A stretch of DNA of 64,000 nucleotides from Flavobacteriales bacterium (lineage in GTDB: Bacteria > Bacteroidota > Bacteroidia > Flavobacteriales_F > PHOS-HE28): the NCBI GenBank assembly GCA_016787995.1, contig JAEUTB010000188.1, positions 9,920-73,919 of the forward strand, read 5' to 3'. How positions within the stretch are numbered: the first letter of the stretch is position 1; each line of letters starts with the position of its first letter. Below, piece by piece: positions 1 through 8,892 of the stretch. The notes under the pieces were generated by a model, which was given only the letters and a program-made list of their open reading frames with translations, made no database searches and had not been told where the DNA came from. A program made the position numbers and the translations under genes.

Positions 1-100
1 AGTGTGGCGGAGAGATTGAGCCAGGCATTCTGGGGAAGAATTCCGAGTAGCCTCGGAGCCACACGCATTTCCGTTCTTTGGTGCGGGCACCATTGCTGCT

Positions 101-670
101 ATGGACCATTACAGCACCCTCGGCTTAACACACATGGCCGACACGGCCGCGATCCGTGCAGCCTATCGGGCATTGGCGAAGGTGTACCACCCGGATGTGA
201 GCAAGCTTCCGGATGCGCATGAGCGATTCGTCGCCATAACCGAAGCATATGAAGTACTAAGCGATCCATCGGCACGGGACCGGTATGATCGTACACGCCA
301 GAGCCCGAGCCCGAAGCGAGCCTCGCCGCAGAATGAAGCTCGCTATGCGCGTGCCACCGAAGCCCGGCAACGAGCAGCGCGCGAACATGCGGAGCAGTAC
401 ACACGCATGCGGTACGATCAATTCGATCAGTACGCATTCGATACCGTTGCGGGATATCTCGTGCCGAAAGTGCTCGGGTGCTTCGGCATCGCGATCGTTG
501 CATTGGTGTTATTCGCGCTGCTCTTGATTATCCGCGAAGCGTTGGATCTGCCTGCATTCTTCGTGATGCTGGGGATGATGGTCGTGGTGGGATTGAGCGG
601 CTGGGCAAGCGCCACTTTCGATGTGTGGCACAATGAACGTCAAGTGCGGAAGAAGATGGGCCGACGTTAG
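101..670 (+). CDS. J-domain (DnaJ-like) membrane protein
   Basis: N-terminal J domain with an HPD motif (DHYSTLGL...AYRALAKVYHPDV...AYEVLSDP). The C-terminus has two hydrophobic helices (VLGCFGIAIVALVLFALLLII, FFVMLGMMVVVGLSGWA). Confidence 0.85.
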   Translation: MDHYSTLGLTHMADTAAIRAAYRALAKVYHPDVSKLPDAHERFVAITEAYEVLSDPSARDRYDRTRQSPSPKRASPQNEARYARATEARQRAAREHAEQYTRMRYDQFDQYAFDTVAGYLVPKVLGCFGIAIVALVLFALLLIIREALDLPAFFVMLGMMVVVGLSGWASATFDVWHNERQVRKKMGRR

Positions 671-895
671 TAGTCAGCCTTCACCGCCTGCAATTTGTCA
701 CAAGCGTTGAAGTTGGCATGCCACTGACGCGGATCGCGCCACACACCGAAGGCCGAAGCCGCGCGCCGAGTATTGCATGGTTTTCTAGTTGGCAGTAGAG
801 TCTTGAACTTGCAGCGCTGCTGCCTGAAGGAAATTCGCCATGCGTACTATAACCAGCTCGGAAATGGCCTTGCAGTAGGGAGGGGTCTACATCCA

Positions 896-955
896 CTAAA
901 CGCCGCGCTCTTCGGCGTCCGTGGTACCGTTATCACATTTCTGATCGGCCATGCC
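896..955 (-). pseudogene. degenerate relic copy of the asnS 3-prime end (about 60 nt including a stop)
   Basis: The reverse strand reads GMADQK / NVITVPRTPKSAAF-stop, against the genuine asnS end GMGNIRDVIPFPRTPKSAEF-stop at 1976-2038. A 19-nt core ccgcgctcttcggcgtccg is identical at 903-921 and 1984-2002. An indel breaks the frame. Confidence 0.55.
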
Positions 956-997
956 AAGTGGAAGAGCAGGTCGGGCCGCTCTTCGCACGATGTTTGA

Positions 998-1951
998 CTA
1001 GCGTATCGCCGAAGCAGGCTCATCCAGCAACTGCGCTATGGCTCCGAGCACGGTGGCCAGTGCCAGAGCGCCGTGCCCTTTGCCGGAGCGCATCGTGCCA
1101 TCGGTCGCTGCCTCCGTCCAGAAGAACGTCCCGCTGCCGCTAAGGACCTCCACATGAACGGCAGCGCAGCCGAGGCTCTTCGCCATTGCGGTGAACCCTT
1201 CCTCCGAAAGAGGCCCGTCCACCACCACGAACGGCGTCTGCATGATCGTGCTTGCGCGTTCATGCAGGCTCTCCGGCTCGGTTGATGCGAATGAAGAAAG
1301 GGCCGATCGCACTTGATCGCTTGTCGTGTTGACGAAGATGGAGCGAACAAGACGCTCCGCGTGCAATCCATCTATGTCCTCGATCGCATCGACGGGCGGA
1401 AGAGCGATCCAGCAACGAAGCTCGGCGTCCTCCGCCCATCGCAGATCCTGCTGGTGGCCGCGGGCGATCCAGTGGTGAAAGCGGATGAATTCCGATCGCG
1501 TGGAGGCCTCGTCGAGTGCCCTGTCGGTGGCGCACCACCCGAGCTGGTCGCGACCGTGGCGATGCAGCTCCGCCTCCAACGTGCGACCAGCATAGAATGC
1601 GGCCAACGCGAACTCCACTTGATGCCGATCCGATAGCATGCTGTACGTCCAGCCCCCTGCTGCCTGTGAAAGCGCGCGGATCAAGAGCGGGTCCCATGCT
1701 GTGGGCGCGGAACTGAACTCATGCATCAACGTGGCAGGATCGAAGGCGTTCGTTGGAATGGGATCGTTGCACACGAAAGCTCGTGAGCCCGGATGCGCTT
1801 CGAGCAAGTGCGTGAGCGTTGGAAAAAGCTCGCCGCTCCTATGGTTCGTAGTGCTGAGCACGCGCCACCGTTGTGCGCTGAAGTACTGTTCCAGCAAGCC
1901 ACTGAACTCGTTCAAGCCGCAATGCGGAAAGATGGAAACCTGCTCTCTCAT
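998..1951 (-). CDS. hypothetical protein (317 aa), no motif recognised
   Basis: Long ORF filling the space between asnS and the asnS 3-prime relic. It starts 25 nt after the asnS stop on the same strand. No family could be assigned by eye. Confidence 0.6.
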   Translation of the reverse strand: MREQVSIFPHCGLNEFSGLLEQYFSAQRWRVLSTTNHRSGELFPTLTHLLEAHPGSRAFVCNDPIPTNAFDPATLMHEFSSAPTAWDPLLIRALSQAAGGWTYSMLSDRHQVEFALAAFYAGRTLEAELHRHGRDQLGWCATDRALDEASTRSEFIRFHHWIARGHQQDLRWAEDAELRCWIALPPVDAIEDIDGLHAERLVRSIFVNTTSDQVRSALSSFASTEPESLHERASTIMQTPFVVVDGPLSEEGFTAMAKSLGCAAVHVEVLSGSGTFFWTEAATDGTMRSGKGHGALALATVLGAIAQLLDEPASAIR

Positions 1952-1975
1952 TGCCGGGCCAACTGGGCTTTACTC

Positions 1976-3427
1976 TCAGAACTCCGCGCTCTTCGGCGTC
2001 CGCGGGAAGGGGATCACATCCCGGATGTTCCCCATGCCCGTCACGAACAGCACGAAGCGCTCCAGGCCGAGGCCGAAGCCCGCGTGCGGCACGGTGCCGA
2101 AGCGGCGCGTATCCAAGTACCACCACAGTTCGTCGGCGGGCACGTGCATCTCCTTCATGCGCGCTTCGAGCACATCCAGGCGTTCCTCGCGCTGACTTCC
2201 ACCGATGATCTCGCCGATGCCGGGGAAGAGCACGTCCATGGCGGCCACGGTGGTGCCCTTGTCGCTGTAGCCGAAGTCGCCGGGGCCGTTGGTGCGCATG
2301 TAGAAGGCCTTGATCTTGCCGGGGTAACCGGTCACGATCACCGGCTTCTTGAAGTGCTTCTCCACCAGGTAGCGTTCGTGTTCGCTCTGCAGGTCGATGC
2401 CCCATTCCACCGGGAACTGGAACTGCTTCTTCTGGTGCGGCTTGCTGCGCAGGAGGATCTCGATCGCGTCCGTGTAGGTGATCCGCTCGAAGGGGTTCAC
2501 CAGCACGAAGTTCAGGCGGTCGATGAGACCCATCTCCGCGCGTTGCTCCTTCGGCTTGGTGGCCTCCTCTTCCTTCAAGCGCGCATCCAGGAACTGCAGG
2601 TCGTCCATGCTGTTCTTCAGCACACGGGCGATGAGGTGCTTGCACAGGCCTTCGGCGAGGTCCATGTCGCCCGCGAGGTCCATGAAGGCGGCCTCGGGCT
2701 CGATCATCCAGAACTCGGCGAGGTGGCGCGCGGTGTTGCTGTTCTCGGCGCGGAAGGTGGGTCCGAAGGTGTAGACCTTGCCCAACGCGAGCGCGGATAG
2801 TTCGGCTTGCAACTGGCCACTCACGGTGAGACGTGATTCGGCACCGAAGAAGTCCTCCTTGAAGTCCACTTCACCGGCCTCGTTCAGCGGCGGGTTCTTC
2901 GCATCCAAGGTGCTCACGCGGAACATCTCCCCCGCACCCTCCGCATCGCTGGCGGTGATGATCGGGCTGTGGAAATAGTTGTAGCCGAGGCTGTCGAAGT
3001 ACTCGTGGATGCCGAAGCTGACCTGGTGGCGGATGCGGAAGATGGCGCTGTAGGTGTTGGTGCGGAAGCGCAGGTGGGCGTTCTCGCGCAGGAACTCCAG
3101 GCTGTGCTTCTTGGGTTGGATGGGATACTTCTCCGCATCGCTGTCGCCCAGCACTTCCACATCGGTCACCTGCATCTCCACGCGTTGGCCGCTGCCTTTG
3201 CTCTCCACGATCAGCCCGGTACACTTCACGGCCGCACTGGTGGTGAAGCGTGCACGTGTGGCGGCATCCACCTGTTCCTGATCGATCACGCACTGCAGGT
3301 TGCGGATGGTGCTGCCGTCGTTGAGGGCGATGAAGCGGTCGTTGCGGAAGGTGCGCACCCAGCCGGCCACGGTAAGGGTGGTGCCGGTGAGGGCGCTGTC
3401 GTCGAGGACGGACTTGATGGGGGTCAT
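1976..3427 (-). CDS. asnS: asparaginyl-tRNA synthetase
   Basis: Class II aaRS motifs FRAENSNTARHLAEFWMIEPE and GFGLGLERFV, plus an N-terminal OB fold (GWVRTFRNDRFIALNDGS). The start is placed at ATG 3427 (MTPIKSV) rather than the track start at 3460. Confidence 0.95.
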   Translation of the reverse strand: MTPIKSVLDDSALTGTTLTVAGWVRTFRNDRFIALNDGSTIRNLQCVIDQEQVDAATRARFTTSAAVKCTGLIVESKGSGQRVEMQVTDVEVLGDSDAEKYPIQPKKHSLEFLRENAHLRFRTNTYSAIFRIRHQVSFGIHEYFDSLGYNYFHSPIITASDAEGAGEMFRVSTLDAKNPPLNEAGEVDFKEDFFGAESRLTVSGQLQAELSALALGKVYTFGPTFRAENSNTARHLAEFWMIEPEAAFMDLAGDMDLAEGLCKHLIARVLKNSMDDLQFLDARLKEEEATKPKEQRAEMGLIDRLNFVLVNPFERITYTDAIEILLRSKPHQKKQFQFPVEWGIDLQSEHERYLVEKHFKKPVIVTGYPGKIKAFYMRTNGPGDFGYSDKGTTVAAMDVLFPGIGEIIGGSQREERLDVLEARMKEMHVPADELWWYLDTRRFGTVPHAGFGLGLERFVLFVTGMGNIRDVIPFPRTPKSAEF

Positions 3428-3576
3428 GGAAGTGCGCTGGGGCGTATCGCCGTGGAACAATTCGGCGCAAAGATGGAAAGCCTTGCCGTAAGGGGATCAT
3501 CCTAGCGCGGAAGGCGGCTCGGGATATGAGCGATGCCTCTATCCGGATCTCGTCCGAAAGCGTGACGTTCCGCGGA

Positions 3577-5097
3577 TCAGCGCTCGATGATGACTTTCAA
3601 ACAGCCATCAACCCAGCGTACGGTGTACCATCCAGGGGCGAGGTCCCGCAAGATCCGCGACAGGGCCTGGCCTTCGGGCATGGTCCATTGCATCACCATA
3701 CGTCCGGAGGCATCCACCAACTGCAATGGGAGTTCCGTGTCGCTATCCGTGCGCTGGATGGTGAACGCGCCGTTGTTCGGGTTCGGGTGAAGGTTGATCG
3801 CCGCCTTTTCGGTGAAGGTCACCGGAACGGCCTGTGAGTAGCTGGTGGTACCGTCAAGATCGGTCTGGCGCAAGCGGTAGTAGCTGGTGCCGGTGTAGGG
3901 CGCTGGATCATCGAAGGTGTAATGCAGTACCGTATTGGAATTGCCGGCACCGGCCACGGTCCCGACCGGTTCGAATGAAATGGCATCGCGGCTGCGTTCC
4001 ACGGTGAAGAAGTCATTGTCGCGTTCGCTGCCCGTGGCCCAGGTGCAGTGTGTGTAGGAGTTGTCCAGCGCTTGTGCTTCGAACGCGACGAGCTCGATGG
4101 GCAGGGGCGTGGCATCGTAGGCCATGGCCCAGATGTGTTCATCCTCGGGGTTGATCAGATCACTGAAGGGCACCGATGGCACCTGCACCTGGCGCAATAC
4201 GGGGTTTGTTTGAGAGGGAAGTGGTGGTTGCCAGGTACCCGATGTTTCCAGCCATCGTTGAGCGCGTATCGGACCCGCACCCAGGAAAGCGTCGTCGGCC
4301 GGGGCGTGGCTCAACAGCAGTGTTCCGGTGAACGCGGCGTTGGGAAGATCGGTAAGCCAGAAACGGTTCACAGTGTTGGCGCTGTTGTCGGCCACGGATG
4401 TACCCGCCATGTGCAACACGGTCTCATTCGTCGTTACCGGATACGGCATGTTGTTCACCGCTGTGGGATACGTGGCCACGGCGAGCAGGGTATTGGCAGG
4501 GAAGGCCGCGCCTGGGGTGAAGGAAAAAGGAAGGATCGTACCAGCCGCGTTGCTGAAGGGGATCGTATGTGCGCCGACATCGGCCCCCAGGGCCCAAATG
4601 AATCGACTGAGAAGGTCGGTGCTTTCGCTGCGCACGCTACCCCCGTTGTCCAGTACTGCGGTGCTGGCCGGGTTGAACACGGTGAAGGAATGTCCGTTCA
4701 GTCGAAGCACGGCTCCAAGATCCACCGTGCCGTTCGCTGCCGCAACCCTTCCGGCCATGGCATCCAGCAGCAGCGTCTTGTCGCCACCGGTGATCACCAG
4801 GTTTCGGAAATCGGTGATGTCCGCACCGGTGATGTCCTGCGCACCACCGTACAGCACGACCGAGCCGGTGCTCGTTGCCGTTGTGGCCGATCCTCCGCTG
4901 CTGTTGTCCCATTCGCCTTCCACCCGCACGCTGCCGTTGTTGGCGAAAAGCGCCGCTGCGTTCAGATGTACATCACCTTCCACCACGAGTTGCGTTCCAG
5001 TGTTCACCACGATGCTGACGGCCGATGCCTGGAAGACCGATTGGGCGTGGGTCCCATCACTTGCAACCACTGCCGTGATGAGGTGGAAGAGCAGCAT
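3577..5097 (-). CDS. secreted protein with T9SS C-terminal sorting domain
   Basis: The C-terminus LHPNPNNGAFTIQ...GWYTVRWVDGCLKVIIER is typical of a Por/T9SS CTD. A signal peptide follows the internal ATG at 5097 (MLLFHLITAVVASDGTHAQ). The track's upstream extension looks non-coding. Confidence 0.8.
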   Translation of the reverse strand: MLLFHLITAVVASDGTHAQSVFQASAVSIVVNTGTQLVVEGDVHLNAAALFANNGSVRVEGEWDNSSGGSATTATSTGSVVLYGGAQDITGADITDFRNLVITGGDKTLLLDAMAGRVAAANGTVDLGAVLRLNGHSFTVFNPASTAVLDNGGSVRSESTDLLSRFIWALGADVGAHTIPFSNAAGTILPFSFTPGAAFPANTLLAVATYPTAVNNMPYPVTTNETVLHMAGTSVADNSANTVNRFWLTDLPNAAFTGTLLLSHAPADDAFLGAGPIRAQRWLETSGTWQPPLPSQTNPVLRQVQVPSVPFSDLINPEDEHIWAMAYDATPLPIELVAFEAQALDNSYTHCTWATGSERDNDFFTVERSRDAISFEPVGTVAGAGNSNTVLHYTFDDPAPYTGTSYYRLRQTDLDGTTSYSQAVPVTFTEKAAINLHPNPNNGAFTIQRTDSDTELPLQLVDASGRMVMQWTMPEGQALSRILRDLAPGWYTVRWVDGCLKVIIER

Positions 5098-5348
5098 CCG
5101 GGTCCGGCCCCACCGGTGTGGTTGACACGCGCAGGGCATCGCCCGGGTGATCGCTTGTTCCAGCGTTCGTGGAAGTACCACCGTCCCGAGCGGCGCGCGT
5201 GTGGGAGCGGACCTCTGGCGCATGGTCGCAAGTTTCAACCAGCCATTGGGTGCGTTCAATACCATACAAGTGGTACTGGTCTTTCCAGGCGCGCGCAAGT
5301 CGAGGTGCGCTGCTTAGGCGTGAAGCCGGGCGGCCAACTGGCGGGTGC

Positions 5349-6002
5349 CTAGGCCCCGGGGTACACCTTCTTCACAGCGTCGTGCCGGCTGCTCACCTGG
5401 AGTTTTTCGTAGATGTTGCGGATGTGTACACGCACCGTACCGATGCTGATGCCCCCCTTTTCAGCGATCTCCTTGTACATCAGCCCTGCGGCAAGCCCAT
5501 CCACGATCTCTCGCTCCTTCGCAGTTAGCTGCTGATCGCTGATGGATGCACGCGCCTGCCCTTGGAAGCTGGAGACCACCAGGCGTGCGATGGCCGGGCT
5601 CATGGGCGAACCCCCTTGCACCACCTCGTGTATCGCAGGCACGAGTTCTTGTGCGCTCAAGCTCTTCAGCAGATACCCGGTGGCTCCGGCGCAGAGGGCT
5701 TGGAAGATGTAGTTCGGATTCTCGAAGACGGTGCTGATGATGAATTGCACCTGGGGGTTCAAGGGCTTCGCTCGTGCCACACAATCAATCCCGTTCACCC
5801 CGGGCATGTTGATGTCCATCACCACCACATCCGCCTCTACCCCGGTGAAATCCTTCAAGAACGTTTCGCCGTTGGGATAGGCCTTGATGAAGCGGATCGA
5901 CGCATCGTCGGAGAGGATCCTGCGTAAGAGGTCACGGATCTCCCGATCATCCTCCACGACCATCACACGCACGTCTTTTCGCATGGCTCCGGAAGGGTTC
6001 AT
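5349..6002 (-). CDS. NarL/FixJ-type response regulator (REC + LuxR HTH)
   Basis: REC domain (VMVVEDD...VVVMDINMPGVNG...) and a C-terminal LuxR-type HTH (LTAKEREIVDGLAAGLMYKEIAEKGGISIGTVRVHIRNIYEKL). Its ATG overlaps the kinase stop (ATGA at 5999-6002). Confidence 0.9.
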   Translation of the reverse strand: MNPSGAMRKDVRVMVVEDDREIRDLLRRILSDDASIRFIKAYPNGETFLKDFTGVEADVVVMDINMPGVNGIDCVARAKPLNPQVQFIISTVFENPNYIFQALCAGATGYLLKSLSAQELVPAIHEVVQGGSPMSPAIARLVVSSFQGQARASISDQQLTAKEREIVDGLAAGLMYKEIAEKGGISIGTVRVHIRNIYEKLQVSSRHDAVKKVYPGA

Positions 6003-7816
6003 TTCAGTGGCCCATGAGCGTGTAATGCGGTGCCTTTGCCGGGCGCGCTGGTGATGGTGAGCGAGCCACCATGCTGCCTCATTCGGGCGGGCATGTTCGC
6101 CAGACCATTGCCACGTCCGCGTGCTTGTTCGGGATCGAAGCCAACGCCGTCATCATCCACGCGAAGTTCGAAGGTATCGGTCCGGAGCTCCATCTTCACG
6201 CGCACCGACTTGGCGTGCGCGTACTTGAGGATGTTGTTGAAGCACTCGTTCAGCACCAGGTGAAGATCGCGCTTCAGTGCGGGTTCCATCTGGGCTTCAG
6301 TTCGAAGGGCGCGCAGGTCCAGTTCATGGTGGATGCCATTGTCGCCGAGCAGCCGCTGCGAAAGATCGCGCACATGGTCCAGCATGCCTTGGTGAGTGTC
6401 TTGTTGGGGATCCACGGCCCACACCACATCACAGAGGGCGCGGCTCACGTGTTTTGCGTGTTCGCTGATCCGGGTGAATGATCGGCCGGCCTCCGCCGCG
6501 TCGTGGGAGCGTTGCGAGGCGACCCCGCTGAGCAAGGCGATCTTGGTGAGGGTGGCTCCGATATCGTCGTGGATATCGCGTGCGATACGTGTGCGCACCA
6601 GTTCGGCCTCACGCTGCTTCTCGCTCCTGACCAGTTCGGCCTGTGCTTGGTGCAGCGCCTGGTTGGCTCTGCTCTTCGCTCGGTAGGAGCGGTACCACAC
6701 CAGGGCGAGCAACACGCCGAGCACGCCAATGGCGAATGCCGCCCATTTCTGTGAGCGCTGTTTATCGGCTTCGGCCCGTGCCAGTGCCATGGTCTTCTCA
6801 TGTGCGAAAGTGGCCCTGGCCTTTTCGGTGGCGCGTACCTTCTCCAGATCCATGTCGGTGACATACGCATCCATGGCCAGTGCCTGGTCGATGAACGCGT
6901 CGGTCATCCGCCCGGCGTTCGCATCCACCAGGGAGCGCAACGATCGCAAGTGGTACACCGCGTTGAATTCGTCCATCCCCTGGGCAAGTGTGATGGCACT
7001 ATCCAGCATGTGGATCGCTCGTGCTCCTTCGCCGAGCCTCAACATCATTCGGGTTTCGCCAACCACCCAGCGAACATATTGCGAAGGATCCTCGATGCGC
7101 GGAAGCAGCCTGCCAGCAAGGCGCTGCACGGAATCCGCTTCCCGCCAGCGCCTGGCCTTGAACAAGCCTTCACCAAGGTTCACCAGGTTGTTCACGAGGT
7201 GGTGTACGTCCCCCTGGGCTTCATAGAGATCTCCTGCCTTCGTGTGCCAATGGATCGAACTGTCCAGTTGATGCTGGTCGCCATAGAGCACGCCAAGCTC
7301 GTGGTAGCAGTTCGCCAGATCCGGTCCCGGCGGCAGTTCCTGCAGCAGGTAGATGGCCTTCAATACCATATCCATCGCCCCACTCCGGTCTTCTACCTGC
7401 CGCAATGCGAACCCTTGATAGGAAAGCGCGGCCGCCATGTCCTTGATGATCCGCTGCTGCTCGGCGAAGCGGTACATCTGCTGGAAGGCCACGATGGAGG
7501 AATCGAAGCGGGATGCGGTGTACCACCCCATGCCGCGTATGCGCCACAGTTGAACGCGCCAGAATCCAACGCGCGGATCCGTCGTCTGGTCGTTCTCCAG
7601 TCGTTGCAACCCGCTCTTCGCGAAATGGGCCACGCTGTCCGGGTTGCCCAGGCGGAAGTGGGCCCGGGCCAGGTAGTAGGCTGCTCGCGCGAAGCTCGTG
7701 TCATGCGCGGCCATGCGCAGTTCTCGGCGCAGGCTATCCACTTCTTGCGTGGCGCCGTTCAGCGCGGCGATCAACGCGCACGGAAGGAGGAGGCTTCGAA
7801 GGATGGGGCGTACCAT
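5999..7816 (-). CDS. TPR-repeat sensor histidine kinase (HisKA_3 / HATPase_c)
   Basis: Signal peptide, a long TPR-like helical-repeat region, and one TM helix (WAAFAIGVLGVLLALVWY). H-box RIARDIHDDIGATLTKI. ATPase motifs NNILKYA, DDGVGF, GNGLANM. Confidence 0.9.
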   Translation of the reverse strand: MVRPILRSLLLPCALIAALNGATQEVDSLRRELRMAAHDTSFARAAYYLARAHFRLGNPDSVAHFAKSGLQRLENDQTTDPRVGFWRVQLWRIRGMGWYTASRFDSSIVAFQQMYRFAEQQRIIKDMAAALSYQGFALRQVEDRSGAMDMVLKAIYLLQELPPGPDLANCYHELGVLYGDQHQLDSSIHWHTKAGDLYEAQGDVHHLVNNLVNLGEGLFKARRWREADSVQRLAGRLLPRIEDPSQYVRWVVGETRMMLRLGEGARAIHMLDSAITLAQGMDEFNAVYHLRSLRSLVDANAGRMTDAFIDQALAMDAYVTDMDLEKVRATEKARATFAHEKTMALARAEADKQRSQKWAAFAIGVLGVLLALVWYRSYRAKSRANQALHQAQAELVRSEKQREAELVRTRIARDIHDDIGATLTKIALLSGVASQRSHDAAEAGRSFTRISEHAKHVSRALCDVVWAVDPQQDTHQGMLDHVRDLSQRLLGDNGIHHELDLRALRTEAQMEPALKRDLHLVLNECFNNILKYAHAKSVRVKMELRTDTFELRVDDDGVGFDPEQARGRGNGLANMPARMRQHGGSLTITSAPGKGTALHAHGPLK

Positions 7817-7817
7817 A

Positions 7818-8849
7818 TCAGCCGAACCTGGTGGAGTAATCGTTGAGGTCGAGAAGTAGACGTTGCTCGCGCAAGTTGAGTGATCCTGCTCTTGTTATGT
7901 GTTTGATCAGTTCCAGGGCCGCGATGTTGGCCATGATGGCATTGCTTGCGGCCATGGTGGGAGCGATGCTGCGGGCGTTGAACGCGGCGATGTTCTCCGG
8001 TTGCGCATCGATCAGGTCTCCCCACGAACTGAAGAGTTCCTCGTAGCTGCGTGTATCCGGGCCCAACAAGGGGCCGATCAAACCCTGCGTGCTCATGTAG
8101 CCGCACTTGATCACGTGGTAGTTGAACGCGATGCGTGCTTCGCTGATCCAGTTCACCAGTTGTACGGGTTTGTCGGCGCTCAGAACGATGTGTCGCACTC
8201 CGGGCTGGGCGTTCATCAGGGCATTCCACGCTGCCGCGGTGCTCACGAACATCTCGTGCACGATCACCTTGCAGCCCGGGGCGATGCGCAGGATGCCGTC
8301 GCGCGCAGCCTCCACTTTGGCCCTGCCCGTATCGCTGGCGCCGAACAGGATCTGCCGGTGCAGATTGCTCTCTTCCACCAGGTCTCCATCCACCAGCACC
8401 AACGAGCCGATGCCTGCTGCCGCAAGTGACTGCGCCATCTGGTGGCCGATACCACCCATGCCGAGGATGAGCACCTGTGCGTCGGCCAATCGCTGTTGCC
8501 GGGCCAGGGACCCAAGGTGGTCGCTAACGGGCTCCAACGCATCGAAGAGGAGCAGTTGCCGATCGAAACGAACGTCGCAGCTGGTCTTCGGGTCGAAATG
8601 TTCGATGAGCTTCAGGGCTGAAAGACGGTCCATCAGTCTATCGATCATTGCCGGGGGAACATCAAGGCGCTGTGCCAGTTCGGCTCTGGCCCGCTCTTTC
8701 GTCGGTGCGTCGCTCAGTACGACAAGCAGCTCCTCGAACGCACGGCCTGCGGGTAGCGAAGCTTCGTCGTCAAGGTCCCTCACCACACGGATGAGTTCTC
8801 CTTCTTGCAGGAAGCGCAAGTGTCGTTTGAATCTCACGTGCCGGTGCAT
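7818..8849 (-). CDS. ThiF/MoeB/MccB-family E1-like adenylyltransferase with N-terminal RRE/peptide-clamp-like domain
   Basis: E1 ATP loop LILGMGGIGHQMAQSLAAAGIGSLVLVDGDLVEESNLHRQ, then GRAKVEAA and SADKP. The first roughly 95 aa resemble a PqqD-like winged-helix RRE. Only 3 isolated Cys, no CxxC pairs. Its stop lies 1 nt before the kinase ATG. Confidence 0.8.
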   Translation of the reverse strand: MHRHVRFKRHLRFLQEGELIRVVRDLDDEASLPAGRAFEELLVVLSDAPTKERARAELAQRLDVPPAMIDRLMDRLSALKLIEHFDPKTSCDVRFDRQLLLFDALEPVSDHLGSLARQQRLADAQVLILGMGGIGHQMAQSLAAAGIGSLVLVDGDLVEESNLHRQILFGASDTGRAKVEAARDGILRIAPGCKVIVHEMFVSTAAAWNALMNAQPGVRHIVLSADKPVQLVNWISEARIAFNYHVIKCGYMSTQGLIGPLLGPDTRSYEELFSSWGDLIDAQPENIAAFNARSIAPTMAASNAIMANIAALELIKHITRAGSLNLREQRLLLDLNDYSTRFG

Positions 8850-8892
8850 GGATCGAGTTTACGGATCTTGCGATGGCACCTGTCGTACCCGC

